The notes beneath the pieces were generated by a model. That model had not been told where the DNA came from and made no database searches. It was given only the letters and a program-made list of their open reading frames with translations. Shown piece after piece: positions 1 to 11,119 of a stretch of 64,000 nt of DNA (position 1 is its first letter; the number at the start of each line of letters is the position of its first letter). A program made the position numbers and the translations under genes. The stretch comes from Escherichia coli (lineage in GTDB: Bacteria > Pseudomonadota > Gammaproteobacteria > Enterobacterales > Enterobacteriaceae). The stretch lies in assembly GCF_003018255.1 (NCBI RefSeq), contig NZ_CP027440.1; one strand, written 5' to 3'.

Positions 1-975
1 TCAATACCGCGAAAATGTTCTGTTCTTTTAATGTGCGCTGCGGATTATCTTCCGCGCCCCCCTGACGTACAAACATGCAACGCAGAGAGAGTTTGGTTGC
101 GGTATCACAGGAGTAACCACGGAACGCCGCCAGATTTTTTTCCTGGGCCAGCTTCGGTGTGGTATTGCGTTCATAGCCGAAAATGCCCATATGATCCCAG
201 CGCGTGGTTTCACCAATAATGAAAACGACATATGTATCATCAACGTTTTGTGGAGCCTGGTACGTAAACTTCTTCGCAGGGTTAAGGAGAGAATTGTTAT
301 CGGAAGATTCATCGACCCGCGCCCAGGCATAAAGACCTAATGCCGAAAGCCAGTTTGATGGCAGATAAGAGTTCGCGACGACGCCGCCATAACTCGGCAA
401 ATCAACACCTGTCGCCCTCTCCACTTTCTTCTGCTGGATATCCAGCAAACGAATCGGTGCCCAAACCATAATACCTGCCAGTACGACGACCGCCAGGCTG
501 CGAATACGCTGCCCTGGGGTTCGCAGTTGTCGGAGCAAGGTGTAACGACAGCGGTTATTCCAGATAAGGATAAGAGGCAACGCGCTAACGGCGATTAACC
601 AGAGAATAAAGTTCAGACCAACAACTTCTTTTGACAGGTCGATATCGGTGGTCATGACGGAAGCGATGATGCCATAACCAATGACCACATTAAGGAAGGT
701 CATGTAATAGCTGGCACCTGCGGAAAAGAGCACCACCAGCGACGCCAGAATACGCCAGCTACGGCGGCCAAACAGCGAAAGAAGACGTAGTAAAAAGAAG
801 GTCACCAGTACGGTGGCGGCCAGTTCAACAACAGCAGAAATGCCTTTCCAGACGGTAAAATCGTGCGCATAGCTGCCGAAGCGGCGGTAAAAAACCGCGC
901 CATTCATAAAAAGGCCAATATAGATTGCAAGCAAAAAGCTCAGCTTCTGCTGTGTAATCGATTTGATGTATCTCA
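1..975 (-). CDS. eptB: Phosphoethanolamine transferase EptB, 5' portion (gene runs off the window start)
   Basis: Reverse-complement translation from ATG at 973-975 gives MRYIKSITQQKLSFLLAIYIGLFMNG..., matching EptB from memory; upstream of yhjX as in K-12. Not in the ORF track because it has no in-window stop. Confidence 0.85.
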
Positions 976-1189
976 TGCAAACAAACCCTGGACAAACAGG
1001 TGATAACACCCTGCTTAGCGGCTTTTCAGGCCCGGCAGGGGAAAAGTGCGGAGGTAGTCAGATAAGTAAAATCTACACGCGCGAATAAGTAGACCACAGC
1101 AAAGGGAAAAAGTGTGGGGAAAGAGTGTGCATGAAGCACAAATTTACAAAAATGCAAGTTTGAAAAGAGACTTTAGCGTTACAAAAAGC

Positions 1190-1218
1190 AGTAAAAAGGG
1201 CCAGTTAACTGGCCCAAA
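1190..1218 (-). terminator. Hairpin GGGCCAGTTAACTGGCCC flanked by A/T runs, downstream of yhjX
   Basis: Perfect inverted repeat with a T-run on the minus strand, between the yhjX stop and eptB start. Confidence 0.5.
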
Positions 1219-1299
1219 TTTTACGCGTCATTGTTTATACATTGCGTTGAAGCGTTTGATTCACACTAAGGCTAAAGCCCAGTAGCTCGCGGCAGATGA

Positions 1300-2508
1300 T
1301 TAAAGGGAGCCATGCGCCTCACGCAACATTTTCTGCTCTGGCTGACGAATCGTCGTAGAGAGCGCCAGTGACAGAATCAGCAGTGCGAAAATCACGTAGA
1401 AGGTCACATAGAAGCCGCCAAACAGTGAGGCGATAATCGACCCACAAATGCTGCCGATACCGAAACCGAGATAAATCACACCGTAGTTTTTCGCCAGGTT
1501 ATTGAGGCCGAAGAACTCACTGACCAGTGACGGGAACACCGTGATAGTGCCGCCAAAGTTAAATGCCACGCAGGCAATCGCTGCAAAGAACGTCACTGCA
1601 TTCAATGGTGCAAACAGCAGGGCCGCCATACCCACCAGCGATATCACCTGACCAATGGTGATAACACGGATACGGGCGATTTTGTCAGACAGAATGCCCA
1701 GCACCAGACGACCAGAAAGGTTGGCGATGGAAATAACCGTCACAGCATTGGCTGCGGAAATTGCATCAAGATGCGCCAGACTTTGAGCGATATCTTTCGC
1801 TACACCAATCACATACAGACCACTCATGCACGCAGTCAGGAACATAACCGCTAACATCCAGTACTGCGGTTTACGCATCGACTCTGCCAGGGTGTAGTCC
1901 TTCTCCACCACACCATTGCTGGTTTTCACTTCCTGTTTTGGTGCGTCTTTCATTAATGTTGCGCCAAAGACAATCATCACCAGCGCAATCGCTCCCCAAA
2001 TCACAAAGGTTTTTTCCAGACCCACCGTTTCCAGCAGCTGCGTGTCGATAAATTTGAAACCCAGGCTACCCAGACCATAAGAACCGATAGCGAACGCGGA
2101 GATCAGACCTTTACGCTCCGGGAACCACTTCACGCAGTTAGAGAGCGTCAGCAGGTAACCCGCGCCATCCGCCAGACCGACCAGCACACCGGCGCTTAAC
2201 CACAGCATCATCAGGTTGTCAGAATGCGCTGTCAGGAAGAAGCCTAATCCCAGCAAAATGCCGGAAGCCATAGTGACGCGTTTAACGCCAAAACGTTCCT
2301 GTAATTTCCCCGCAACAGAAGATGAAATTGCCAGCCCCAGACTTAACAAGCCGAAAGAGAAAGCGACCTGGCTTACCGGCGCATCCAGCTTGGCAGAAAG
2401 CGCGCCGTTAAACAGGCTCCAGGTATAAACCGACCCAAGGGCAAACTGGGTAATGATAGTACCGATGAGTGTCAACCAGCGGGTACGCTGATAATTTGAA
2501 GGTGTCAT
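1300..2508 (-). CDS. yhjX: MFS transporter YhjX (oxalate/formate antiporter family, pyruvate-inducible)
   Basis: 417-aa ORF; 12-TM MFS-like hydrophobic protein; likely start is the internal MTPSNYQRTRW... at 2508 (402 aa). Confidence 0.9.
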   Translation of the reverse strand: MTPSNYQRTRWLTLIGTIITQFALGSVYTWSLFNGALSAKLDAPVSQVAFSFGLLSLGLAISSSVAGKLQERFGVKRVTMASGILLGLGFFLTAHSDNLMMLWLSAGVLVGLADGAGYLLTLSNCVKWFPERKGLISAFAIGSYGLGSLGFKFIDTQLLETVGLEKTFVIWGAIALVMIVFGATLMKDAPKQEVKTSNGVVEKDYTLAESMRKPQYWMLAVMFLTACMSGLYVIGVAKDIAQSLAHLDAISAANAVTVISIANLSGRLVLGILSDKIARIRVITIGQVISLVGMAALLFAPLNAVTFFAAIACVAFNFGGTITVFPSLVSEFFGLNNLAKNYGVIYLGFGIGSICGSIIASLFGGFYVTFYVIFALLILSLALSTTIRQPEQKMLREAHGSL

Positions 2509-2591
2509 GGCAGTATTCCTGCAGTAATAAAAAGGAAAAATCTCTGCTGACAACCATAACGAAGTGCACTTTATGCCTGGGGAAAAACGGC

Positions 2592-2623
2592 ATGAAATGC
2601 CATCAGAACGGAATGAAATGCAT
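2592..2623. promoter_or_regulatory. Direct repeats ATGAAATGC(C/A) upstream of yhjX, candidate YpdB response-regulator site
   Basis: Two copies of ATGAAATGCx about 22 bp apart (reverse complement GGCATTTCAT), with a third degenerate copy; matches the YpdB repeat motif as I remember it. Confidence 0.45.
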
Positions 2624-2736
2624 TAGTTCAGGAATGAATGACTCGACAATTATTCACCAAATTTATTATTTAGTAAGTTAGCACCCACTATCGCCACATT
2701 AGTTGTTATTTATTGGTTTCAATTGTATCTATAACG

Positions 2737-3441
2737 TTAAAATCTGGCGCTAACCCCCATCGTATACAGATAGTCGCTATTGTTAGTGGTATTTTCTGCC
2801 TGAGATAGCGCAGCATAGGCAGCAATATTTTGATTGAGCAACATATCAGCGCCTACGGTGACATCCAGCCAGTTGCCGTTCTGGTTTGTCGCCGTCATCC
2901 GGCTCAGGCCTGATTGCGCCTTCCAGATATTCTCGCCAAATTGCTGGTTATAGCTGATTTGCGCCCAGGGTCGGAGATCGCCAAGCCGGGAGTCAACACG
3001 CCAGCCTAAGGTACTCACGCTGGCATGCCATAACGGATCGGCCAGCGTGGTAGTACTGTCGCCAAACTCGTTATACATCGAGGTGGTTGTGCCATCGTAA
3101 TGTAATGCCGCGACCGGGCCGGTTGTAACCTGCTCATATAAAGGAAAATTCCAGCCCATACTCATACTGCTGGTCACATCCACAGGAGTTTCTTCCGCCA
3201 GATTGACTTCCAGTCCCAGCGCCCTTTGGCTACTTTGAATACGTTGCGACAAAATATCGTTGTAATCAGGTTGATGATCGCTATCCCAGGTGTAACGCTC
3301 TGTGGAATGTCCGGGTTGCGTATCAACGATATATTCTTGTTGCCAGGCGTAAGCTGTGTTGAGAAAAAAGGCACTGATTACCACACTCGCCAGCAGGCTT
3401 AGCTGCCAGCGACCACCGCTTTTTTTTATGATCATTAACAC
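2737..3441 (-). CDS. yhjY: YhjY, autotransporter-beta-domain-like outer membrane protein
   Basis: 234-aa ORF with N-terminal signal-like segment and C-terminal ...GVSARF; conserved position between yhjX and tag. Confidence 0.8.
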   Translation of the reverse strand: MLMIIKKSGGRWQLSLLASVVISAFFLNTAYAWQQEYIVDTQPGHSTERYTWDSDHQPDYNDILSQRIQSSQRALGLEVNLAEETPVDVTSSMSMGWNFPLYEQVTTGPVAALHYDGTTTSMYNEFGDSTTTLADPLWHASVSTLGWRVDSRLGDLRPWAQISYNQQFGENIWKAQSGLSRMTATNQNGNWLDVTVGADMLLNQNIAAYAALSQAENTTNNSDYLYTMGVSARF

Positions 3442-3592
3442 GACTCCAGGGAAGAGCCGAATTCGGCAATATTATTGTCATTGTATGAAGGATATCGGGC
3501 ATAGTAGCCCTGTATTAAATATTGACTTTTTCACCGATGCGTCAAGAAAAGCGGCTGAAATTTTTACGATCGGGTACATAGCGAGGGAAAGT

Positions 3593-4156
3593 ATGGAACG
3601 TTGCGGCTGGGTGAGTCAGGACCCGCTTTATATTGCCTACCATGATAATGAGTGGGGCGTGCCTGAAACTGACAGTAAAAAACTGTTCGAAATGATCTGC
3701 CTTGAAGGGCAGCAGGCTGGATTATCGTGGATCACCGTCCTCAAAAAACGCGAAAACTATCGCGCCAGCTTTCATCAGTTCGATCCGGTGAAGGTGGCTG
3801 CAATGCAGGAAGAGGATGTCGAAAGACTGGTACAGGACGCCGGGATTATCCGCCATCGCGGGAAAATTCAGGCAATTATTGGTAATGCGCGGGCGTACCT
3901 GCAAATGGAACAGAACGGCGAACCGTTTGCCGACTTTGTCTGGTCGTTTGTCAATCATCAACCACAGGTGACACAAGCCACAACGTTGAGCGAAATCCCC
4001 ACATCTACACCCGCCTCCGACGCCCTATCTAAGGCACTAAAAAAACGTGGTTTTAAGTTTGTCGGTACCACAATCTGTTACTCCTTTATGCAGGCATGTG
4101 GGCTGGTGAATGATCATGTGGTTGGCTGCTGTTGCCATCCGGGAAATAAACCATGA
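3593..4156 (+). CDS. tag: DNA-3-methyladenine glycosylase I
   Basis: ORF frame 3356-4156; 187-aa product from ATG 3593 (MERCGWVSQDPLYIAYHDNEWGVP...) matches Tag. Confidence 0.92.
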   Translation: MERCGWVSQDPLYIAYHDNEWGVPETDSKKLFEMICLEGQQAGLSWITVLKKRENYRASFHQFDPVKVAAMQEEDVERLVQDAGIIRHRGKIQAIIGNARAYLQMEQNGEPFADFVWSFVNHQPQVTQATTLSEIPTSTPASDALSKALKKRGFKFVGTTICYSFMQACGLVNDHVVGCCCHPGNKP

Positions 4157-4593
4157 TTCGGGAAGTGCAACATTCAGAACTCCCCGCGATCCTCGAACTG
4201 TGGCTGGAAAGTACAACCTGGGGGCATTCCTTTATAAAATCGAGTTACTGGCGTGACTGCATTCCGCTGGTGCGCGATGCGTATCTTGCCAACGCGCAAA
4301 ACTGGGTCTGGGAAGAAGACGGTAAGCTTCTCGGTTTTGTCAGCATTATGGAAGGCCGATTTCTGGCTGCAATGTTTGTCGCACCGAAGGCCGTCAGACG
4401 CGGTATTGGTAAGGCGCTAATGCAGTATGTGCAGCAGCGCCATCCCCATCTGATGCTGGAGGTTTATCAAAAAAATCAACCGGCGATAGATTTTTACCAG
4501 GCGCAGGGTTTTCACATTGTCGACTGCGCATGGCAGGATGAAACCCAACTACCCACCTGGATTATGAGCTGGCCGGTGGTTCAAACGCTGTAA
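4153..4593 (+). CDS. yiaC: GNAT-family N-acetyltransferase YiaC
   Basis: 146-aa ORF; ATG overlaps tag stop (ATGA); acetyl-CoA-binding-like RRGIGKAL motif. Confidence 0.88.
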   Translation: MIREVQHSELPAILELWLESTTWGHSFIKSSYWRDCIPLVRDAYLANAQNWVWEEDGKLLGFVSIMEGRFLAAMFVAPKAVRRGIGKALMQYVQQRHPHLMLEVYQKNQPAIDFYQAQGFHIVDCAWQDETQLPTWIMSWPVVQTL

Positions 4594-6895
4594 GTGTCAG
4601 TTCCGGACCGTTGTATTTTTCCAGCCATGCCAGCGCCGTATTACCCGCACAGCCATTCCCCAGCCGCGAGCTGGGGAGATCTTTGGTCAGCACGTTCACT
4701 GCGCCGTTTTTACAAATACCGTCAGCGGTTAAATCCAGATCCGGCCATGCCCCTTCGTGAATGCAAATCACGCCAGGTTTAATTCCCTCGCTAATGACTG
4801 CCCCGGCAAGAATTTGCCCGCGTGCGTTCCACAGCCGAACAGTATCGCCATCTTGTATGCCGCGCGCCTGAGCATCGTCAGGATGAATGGTGACAGGCTC
4901 ACGGTTTGCCACCGCGTACAATTCGCGCAGAGAACTGTAATTCAGCTGGCTGTGCAGACGATGTGCCGGATGAGCAGAAAGTACCTGCAACTGTTCCGGT
5001 TCGGCATTGCCCTGCCATTCGTCCGGCTCCAGCCACATTGGATGCCCAGGGCAATCCGGATAAGCGTAATCGGCAATACGCTGCGAGAAGATTTCAATCT
5101 TGCCGCTGGCGGTTTTTAATGGATGCGCCTGCGGATCGCGGCGAAAATCGGCGAAGCGAATAAACCGCTCGCTGTCCGGGTTTTCCGGCATCTCAATTAA
5201 CTGGTTGGCTTGCCAGAACTCAGCAAATGGCGGCAATTCAACCTGCTGGCTTGCCCCGCGTTGCCGGGCAACGTTATAAAACGTTTCCAGCCATTGCAGC
5301 TCACTTTTTCCTTCCGTAAACCGCGCATAGCCGCCCTTCTCCCAACGTTCACTTAACTCGGCAAAAACATCAAAATCATTACGCGCTTCATAGCGTGGCG
5401 GCACCACTTGCTTCATCGGCACCAGATGCTGATTACTGTAATCGCCGGTCATGGTGAGATCATTACGCTCAAAAGAGGTGGTCGCAGGCAGAACGATATC
5501 CGCGTGTTTCGCCGCCGCCGTCCAGAAGCATTCAGAGATCACCACCAGCTCCGGTTTTTGCCAGGCACGGATCAGGCGATTGGTATCCTGATGATGAGTA
5601 AAGTTGGCACCACCCGCCCACCAGATAAAACGAATATCCGGGAAATGTCGGTCCATACCGTTATGTTGATATGCGCCACCGGGGTTTTCCAGTGCTTCAA
5701 CAATGCGGGCAACAGGGATTTTATCCACCGCATCGGTGCCGCCAGGCAAACTGCCCTGCATGGAAGAGAGCACCGCAGCGCGGCGCGTGGGGTTACCACC
5801 ATTGGCAAAATGGTAAGAAAGACCAAAACCGCCGCCGGGTGTGCCGATTTGCCCCAACATTGCCGCCAGCGTGACGAGCATCCAGTGTTTTTGCTCACCA
5901 AACTGTTGGCGCTGCATTCCCCAGCCTGCCATCAGCATGGTTGTATTTTGGTGGAAAATAGCCGCCAGCTCGCGGATTTTCGCTGCGCCAACACCACAAA
6001 TCTCTGCCGCCCATTCGGCGTTTTTCGCTATACCATCACTCTCGCCCAGCAAATAAGAGGCGAAGACGGCATAACCTGTGGTGCAACGCGCCAGAAACGC
6101 TTCGTCGTGCCAACCATTTTCCACCAGCGTATGGGCGATCCCCAGCATCAACGCAACATCGGTGCCCATGTGTGGTGCCACCCACTCCATTTTATCGCCA
6201 AAGAAATCGATGGTTTCCGATCGCATTGGATCAATGCAGATCAGCTTTTTCCCGCTGTCACGCAGTGCGGAAAAGTAAGAAAGCCCCTGCTCATCGGATG
6301 CATTCCACGCAATTTTCAGCGTATTGAGTGGGTTAGCACTCCACAGCACCATGACATCGCTATGTTCCAGCACCAGCGGCCAACTGGTTTGCTGTTGATA
6401 AACTTCGCTGCCACCCACGACATACGGCATGATCGCCTGTGCCGCGCCGGTCGAATAATCCCCCAGATGCCCAGTATAACCGCCTGCCAGCGCCATATAG
6501 CGTTGTAATAATGTCGAGGCCTTATGCAGCACGCCGTTTGAACGCCAGCCGTAGGAACCAGCAAAAATCGATGCCGGACCATAAGCCTCACGAATGCGTT
6601 TATGTTGATGGTGAATAAGCTCCAGCGCCTCATCCCAACTCACGCGAACAAATTCATCCTGCCCACGAATGCCTTGCGGATTTTCCGGTGACGCAAGAAA
6701 GCCTTTGCGCACCATTGGAAATCGCACCCGCGTATTGCTGTGAACCTGGTCGCGAACCGCGCTCTGCAAGGAGTTTTCCATTCCTGTGGCTAACGCGCCA
6801 CGCGAGCTAAACACGGTTTCGCCGTCGGTTTCAACCAGCATAGGCCCCCAGTGGGCGGCAGTCAGAACGGAATATCGTGAGGATGAGTTGGCCAA
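4562..6895 (-). CDS. bisC: Biotin sulfoxide reductase (molybdopterin oxidoreductase)
   Basis: 777-aa ORF starting [19 protein letters not shown]...; length and sequence match BisC; 3' end overlaps yiaC convergently. Confidence 0.93.
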   Translation of the reverse strand: MANSSSRYSVLTAAHWGPMLVETDGETVFSSRGALATGMENSLQSAVRDQVHSNTRVRFPMVRKGFLASPENPQGIRGQDEFVRVSWDEALELIHHQHKRIREAYGPASIFAGSYGWRSNGVLHKASTLLQRYMALAGGYTGHLGDYSTGAAQAIMPYVVGGSEVYQQQTSWPLVLEHSDVMVLWSANPLNTLKIAWNASDEQGLSYFSALRDSGKKLICIDPMRSETIDFFGDKMEWVAPHMGTDVALMLGIAHTLVENGWHDEAFLARCTTGYAVFASYLLGESDGIAKNAEWAAEICGVGAAKIRELAAIFHQNTTMLMAGWGMQRQQFGEQKHWMLVTLAAMLGQIGTPGGGFGLSYHFANGGNPTRRAAVLSSMQGSLPGGTDAVDKIPVARIVEALENPGGAYQHNGMDRHFPDIRFIWWAGGANFTHHQDTNRLIRAWQKPELVVISECFWTAAAKHADIVLPATTSFERNDLTMTGDYSNQHLVPMKQVVPPRYEARNDFDVFAELSERWEKGGYARFTEGKSELQWLETFYNVARQRGASQQVELPPFAEFWQANQLIEMPENPDSERFIRFADFRRDPQAHPLKTASGKIEIFSQRIADYAYPDCPGHPMWLEPDEWQGNAEPEQLQVLSAHPAHRLHSQLNYSSLRELYAVANREPVTIHPDDAQARGIQDGDTVRLWNARGQILAGAVISEGIKPGVICIHEGAWPDLDLTADGICKNGAVNVLTKDLPSSRLGNGCAGNTALAWLEKYNGPELTLTAFEPPASS

Positions 6896-7047
6896 ACCGA
6901 AGACTCCTGAAAGGTTAGATGTATTGAGCAGTTAAATATTACTTACAAATTTCCGAGTATTCCCAGGAATAATCTTCATGTTCACGCGGCATAATCTCCC
7001 GCCACAGAACCCGTGGCAAAGAATAAAAAGGTTATTAAGGATTAACA

Positions 7048-7707
7048 ATGAAGAAACGTGTTTATCTTATTGCCGCCGTAGTGAGTGGCGCTCTGGCGGT
7101 ATCTGGCTGTACAACTAACCCTTACACCGGCGAACGCGAAGCAGGTAAATCTGCTATCGGCGCAGGTCTGGGCTCTCTCGTTGGCGCGGGTATTGGTGCG
7201 CTCTCTTCTTCGAAGAAAGATCGCGGTAAAGGCGCGCTCATTGGCGCAGCAGCAGGCGCAGCTCTGGGCGGCGGCGTGGGTTATTACATGGATGTGCAGG
7301 AAGCGAAGCTGCGTGACAAAATGCGCGGCACTGGTGTTAGCGTAACCCGCAGCGGGGATAACATTATCCTCAATATGCCGAACAATGTGACCTTCGACAG
7401 CAGCAGCGCAACCCTGAAACCGGCGGGCGCTAACACCCTGACCGGCGTGGCAATGGTACTGAAAGAGTATCCGAAAACGGCGGTTAACGTGATTGGTTAT
7501 ACCGACAGCACGGGTGGGCACGACCTGAACATGCGTCTCTCCCAGCAGCGTGCGGATTCCGTTGCCAGCGCGTTGATCACCCAGGGCGTGGACGCCAGCC
7601 GCATCCGTACTCAGGGCCTTGGCCCGGCTAACCCAATCGCCAGCAACAGCACTGCAGAAGGTAAGGCGCAAAACCGCCGTGTAGAAATTACCTTAAGCCC
7701 GCTGTAA
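7048..7707 (+). CDS. yiaD: OmpA-family outer membrane lipoprotein YiaD
   Basis: 219 aa; lipoprotein signal ending AVSGC, Gly-rich linker, C-terminal OmpA-like peptidoglycan-binding region (NRRVEI). Confidence 0.9.
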   Translation: MKKRVYLIAAVVSGALAVSGCTTNPYTGEREAGKSAIGAGLGSLVGAGIGALSSSKKDRGKGALIGAAAGAALGGGVGYYMDVQEAKLRDKMRGTGVSVTRSGDNIILNMPNNVTFDSSSATLKPAGANTLTGVAMVLKEYPKTAVNVIGYTDSTGGHDLNMRLSQQRADSVASALITQGVDASRIRTQGLGPANPIASNSTAEGKAQNRRVEITLSPL

Positions 7708-7715
7708 TCCCTTTC

Positions 7716-7756
7716 ATGCCAGGTGATGCAGAAATCACCTGGCATTCTTCAGTTTT
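7716..7756 (+). terminator. Rho-independent terminator after yiaD
   Basis: Inverted repeat ATGCCAGGTGAT...ATCACCTGGCAT followed by a T-rich tract. Confidence 0.6.
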
Positions 7757-7810
7757 CCTTCATCATATTTCAGGCTAAGGTGATCGCCTTATCAGTGAAT
7801 GGAGAGAAGA

Positions 7811-8785
7811 ATGAAGCCGTCCGTTATCCTCTACAAAGCCTTACCTGATGATTTACTGCAACGCCTGCAAGAGCATTTCACCGTTCACCAGGTGGCAAAC
7901 CTCAGCCCACAAACCATCGAACAAAATGCAGCAATTCTTGCCGAAGCTGAAGGTTTACTGGGTTCAAACGAGAATGTTGATGCCGCATTGCTGGAAAAAA
8001 TGCCGAAACTGCGTGCCACATCAACGATCTCCGTAGGCTATGACAATTTTGATGTCGATGCGCTTACCGCCCGAAAAATTCTGCTGATGCACACGCCAAC
8101 CGTATTAACAGAAACCGTCGCCGATACGCTGATGGCGCTGGTATTGTCTACCGCTCGTCGGGTTGTGGAGGTAGCAGAACGAGTAAAAGCAGGCGAATGG
8201 ACCGCGAGCATAGGCCCGGACTGGTACGGCACTGACGTTCACCATAAAACACTGGGCATTGTCGGGATGGGACGGATCGGCATGGCGCTGGCACAACGTG
8301 CGCACTTTGGCTTCAACATGCCCATCCTCTATAACGCGCGCCGCCACCATAAAGAAGCAGAAGAACGCTTCAACGCCCGCTACTGCGATTTGGATACACT
8401 GTTACAAGAGTCAGATTTCGTTTGCCTGATCCTGCCGTTAACTGATGAAACGCATCATCTGTTTGGCGCAGAACAATTCGCCAAAATGAAATCCTCCGCC
8501 ATTTTCATTAATGCCGGACGTGGCCCGGTGGTTGATGAAAATGCACTGATTGCTGCATTGCAGAAAGGGGAAATTCACGCTGCCGGGCTGGATGTCTTCG
8601 AACAAGAGCCACTGTCAGTAGATTCGCCGTTGCTCTCAATGGCCAACGTCGTCGCAGTACCGCATATTGGATCTGCCACTCATGAGACGCGTTATGGCAT
8701 GGCCGCCTGTGCCGTGGATAACTTGATTGATGCGTTACAAGGAAAGGTTGAGAAGAACTGTGTGAATCCGCACGTCGCGGACTAA
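7811..8785 (+). CDS. ghrB: Glyoxylate/hydroxypyruvate reductase B (2-ketoaldonate reductase)
   Basis: ORF 7799-8785; product from [16 protein letters not shown]... (324 aa) matches GhrB; D-2-hydroxyacid dehydrogenase GxGxxG motif GIVGMGRIG. Confidence 0.9.
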   Translation: MKPSVILYKALPDDLLQRLQEHFTVHQVANLSPQTIEQNAAILAEAEGLLGSNENVDAALLEKMPKLRATSTISVGYDNFDVDALTARKILLMHTPTVLTETVADTLMALVLSTARRVVEVAERVKAGEWTASIGPDWYGTDVHHKTLGIVGMGRIGMALAQRAHFGFNMPILYNARRHHKEAEERFNARYCDLDTLLQESDFVCLILPLTDETHHLFGAEQFAKMKSSAIFINAGRGPVVDENALIAALQKGEIHAAGLDVFEQEPLSVDSPLLSMANVVAVPHIGSATHETRYGMAACAVDNLIDALQGKVEKNCVNPHVAD

Positions 8786-8803
8786 GCCGCGACTGCGTGG
8801 AGT

Positions 8804-8830
8804 AAAGCCCGATAATCGCTCGGGCTTTTA
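8804..8830. terminator. Bidirectional hairpin between convergent ghrB and yiaF
   Basis: AAAGCCCG-ATAATCGCT-CGGGCTTT stem-loop with flanking A/T runs. Confidence 0.55.
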
Positions 8831-8834
8831 CTCT

Positions 8835-9545
8835 TTATTGGGTTGCAGTAACTGCTGTAGTCCAGGCCTGATTAAACGCCTGATGTTGTGCCGGTAATGG
8901 CGCAATCAGTTTGTTATATTCACTTGCCTGCTGCGAAGTCGGGAACTGGATGCCATTTGCGACAAAGCTCACCTGAGTACCTTGCTGAGCAATGTAGTCT
9001 CCAACCATCACCAGTTGTTGCGTGAAAGTTTGTGCCGCCGGAATCAACGGTTGCAACGCATCAGCTGGCGTCGTTACCACTTTGGTGAATGCCTGATCGA
9101 AGACCGGTTTCAGGTCATCGCTCTGTTTTAGCGCAGAGTGCGCAGCATCGGCCTGCAACTTCGCATTTTGCAGCTGTTGCGCCAGTACGCCCAGAGAACC
9201 GTTCATTTCACGCAGTGGGCCGCTTTGCGTAACGTAATCCTGCGGTACGCGAATTGCGTTAACGCTGTCTACAACCGGGCGCAGACCGGAATCCATCGCC
9301 TGATTCACCTGCTGAGAATAACCATACAGAATCGCGTAATCAGAGACAAAAGGACCAAACTGTTTTTTCTGATCGGCAGTCAGGGTTGGTAGACGTTCAC
9401 CGCTACGCATCACTGTATTCTGCAGGAAGTCGATAAACGCTTTACGCTGATCGCCTTCTTTATCAAAACACCCACTCAGGCTAACTACCATTAATAACGC
9501 CGCAAGAGGCGCAAACCAGCGAGAGCAGGACTTTCCTGTCGCCAT
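8835..9545 (-). CDS. yiaF: Lipoprotein YiaF (DUF3053)
   Basis: ORF frame to 9665; probable start MATGKSCSRWFAPLAALLMVVSLSGC at 9545 (236 aa) with lipobox. Confidence 0.85.
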   Translation of the reverse strand: MATGKSCSRWFAPLAALLMVVSLSGCFDKEGDQRKAFIDFLQNTVMRSGERLPTLTADQKKQFGPFVSDYAILYGYSQQVNQAMDSGLRPVVDSVNAIRVPQDYVTQSGPLREMNGSLGVLAQQLQNAKLQADAAHSALKQSDDLKPVFDQAFTKVVTTPADALQPLIPAAQTFTQQLVMVGDYIAQQGTQVSFVANGIQFPTSQQASEYNKLIAPLPAQHQAFNQAWTTAVTATQ

Positions 9546-9978
9546 TTTCTTACTCCTTTCACCCAAAAAAAGCGCACAACGACACACGCGTGTCTGACGT
9601 GACAAGGATAGTCCAGGACAGGCTTGCAGGATACCCTTTCTACGTAATCTTCCTGGTAAAATCATGGAGAAAATGAAACAAGGTCAATTTGTTGTTTCAT
9701 TGTTAAAAAATGATAGTGCCGTTGCTTTTTTTGTAGCCTGAGATTTACGCCTTCGCAGAACGTTAGATTTTCGAAATCTTTACAAACCGGGAGTGGTAAG
9801 AGATATATCGGCATTTATCAGATCGTTAGGTGGCTATAAGTCACGCTAAATGACTGGCTGAATCGAATCATAGCCAGAGCATGCCCTGACCACACCCCGC
9901 TATGTCTGTTTTTCCCGACTATTCTTAATGAGCTTCGATGCAATTCACGATCCCGCAGTGTGATTTGAGGAGTTTTCA

Positions 9979-10269
9979 ATGGAATATAAAGATCCAATGC
10001 ATGAGCTGTTGAGCAGCCTGGAACAGATTGTTTTTAAAGATGAAACGCAGAAAATTACCCTGACGCACAGAACAACGTCCTGTACCGAAATTGAGCAGTT
10101 ACGAAAAGGGACAGGGTTAAAAATCGATGATTTCGCCCGGGTTTTGGGCGTATCAGTCGCCATGGTAAAGGAATGGGAATCCAGACGCGTGAAGCCTTCA
10201 AGTGCCGAACTAAAATTGATGCGTTTGATTCAAGCCAACCCGGCATTAAGTAAGCAGTTGATGGAATAG
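9979..10269 (+). CDS. yiaG: XRE-family HTH transcriptional regulator YiaG
   Basis: 96-aa ORF; HTH segment LRKGTGLKIDDFARVLGVSVAMVKEWE. Confidence 0.85.
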   Translation: MEYKDPMHELLSSLEQIVFKDETQKITLTHRTTSCTEIEQLRKGTGLKIDDFARVLGVSVAMVKEWESRRVKPSSAELKLMRLIQANPALSKQLME

Positions 10270-10329
10270 ACTTTTATCCACTTTATTGCTGTTTACGGTC
10301 CTGATGACAGGACCGTTTTCCAACCGATT

Positions 10330-10549
10330 AATCATAAATATGAAAAATAATTGTTGCATCACCCGCCAATGCGTGGCTTAATGCACATCAACGGTTTGAC
10401 GTACAGACCATTAAAGCAGTGTAGTAAGGCAAGTCCCTTCAAGAGTTATCGTTGATACCCCTCGTAGTGCACATTCCTTTAACGCTTCAAAATCTGTAAA
10501 GCACGCCATATCGCCGAAAGGCACACTTAATTATTAAAGGTAATATACT
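10330..10549 (+). promoter_or_regulatory. cspA promoter (AT-rich UP element, -35 TTGCAT) and long 5' UTR with cold-box-like TGACGTACAGA
   Basis: Sequence matches the cspA upstream region as I remember it; about 160-nt leader before the ATG at 10550. Confidence 0.75.
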
Positions 10550-10762
10550 ATGTCCGGTAAAATGACTGGTATCGTAAAATGGTTCAACGCTGACAAAGGC
10601 TTCGGCTTCATCACTCCTGACGATGGCTCTAAAGACGTGTTCGTACACTTCTCTGCTATCCAGAACGATGGTTACAAATCTCTGGACGAAGGTCAGAAAG
10701 TGTCCTTCACCATCGAAAGCGGCGCTAAAGGCCCGGCAGCTGGTAACGTAACCAGCCTGTAA
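10550..10762 (+). CDS. cspA: Major cold shock protein CspA
   Basis: 70 aa, [38 protein letters not shown]..., identical to CspA. Confidence 0.97.
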
Positions 10763-10790
10763 TCTCTGCTTAAAAGCACAGAATCTAAGA

Positions 10791-10819
10791 TCCCTGCCAT
10801 TTGGCGGGGATTTTTTTAT
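10791..10819 (+). terminator. Rho-independent terminator of cspA
   Basis: Stem TCCCTGCCA...TGGCGGGGA followed by TTTTTTTATTT. Confidence 0.8.
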
Positions 10820-10949
10820 TTGTTTTTCAGGAAATAAATAATCGATCGCGTAATAGAATCTAGTGTTATTTTTGTGAAGAATAAATTTGGGTGCAATGAG
10901 AATGCGCAACGCCGTAAGAAAGGCGGGAATAACTTCCCGCCAAAGTCTC

Positions 10950-11102
10950 TTACTCTTTCAAATTGCAGGCTAAAAATGCCGCCAGCTCATAACTTCCCTG
11001 TTTAATATGCAATTCACACAGTGAATCTCTTACCATCCAGGTAAAAAATAAAAGCGTGAAACAAATCACTATTAAAGAAAGCAATCTATATTTCTGCGGC
11101 AT
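10950..11102 (-). CDS. hokA: Hok-family type I toxin HokA; the ORF continues in frame upstream to 11162 (mok-like position)
   Basis: C-terminal 50 aa of the 70-aa ORF, MPQKYRLLSLIVICFTLLFFTWMVRDSLCELHIKQGSYELAAFLACNLKE, is a Hok/Gef-family peptide with a single TM helix. Confidence 0.8.
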   Translation of the reverse strand: MPQKYRLLSLIVICFTLLFFTWMVRDSLCELHIKQGSYELAAFLACNLKE

Positions 11103-11119
11103 TCCCAGCCTCCTGTGTT

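Noticed and set aside
28-330. 100-aa minus-strand ORF and 62-aa plus-strand ORF at the window start
   Set aside because: They lie within the eptB coding region in other frames; eptB is missing from the track only because it has no in-window stop.
5408-6508. 366-aa ORF on the plus strand inside bisC
   Set aside because: Antisense shadow ORF within a well-supported gene; Arg/His/Cys-rich low-complexity translation.
9979-10269. yiaG as the antitoxin half of a toxin-antitoxin pair
   Set aside because: XRE-HTH protein resembling antitoxins, but no adjacent toxin ORF on either side; treated as a solitary regulator.
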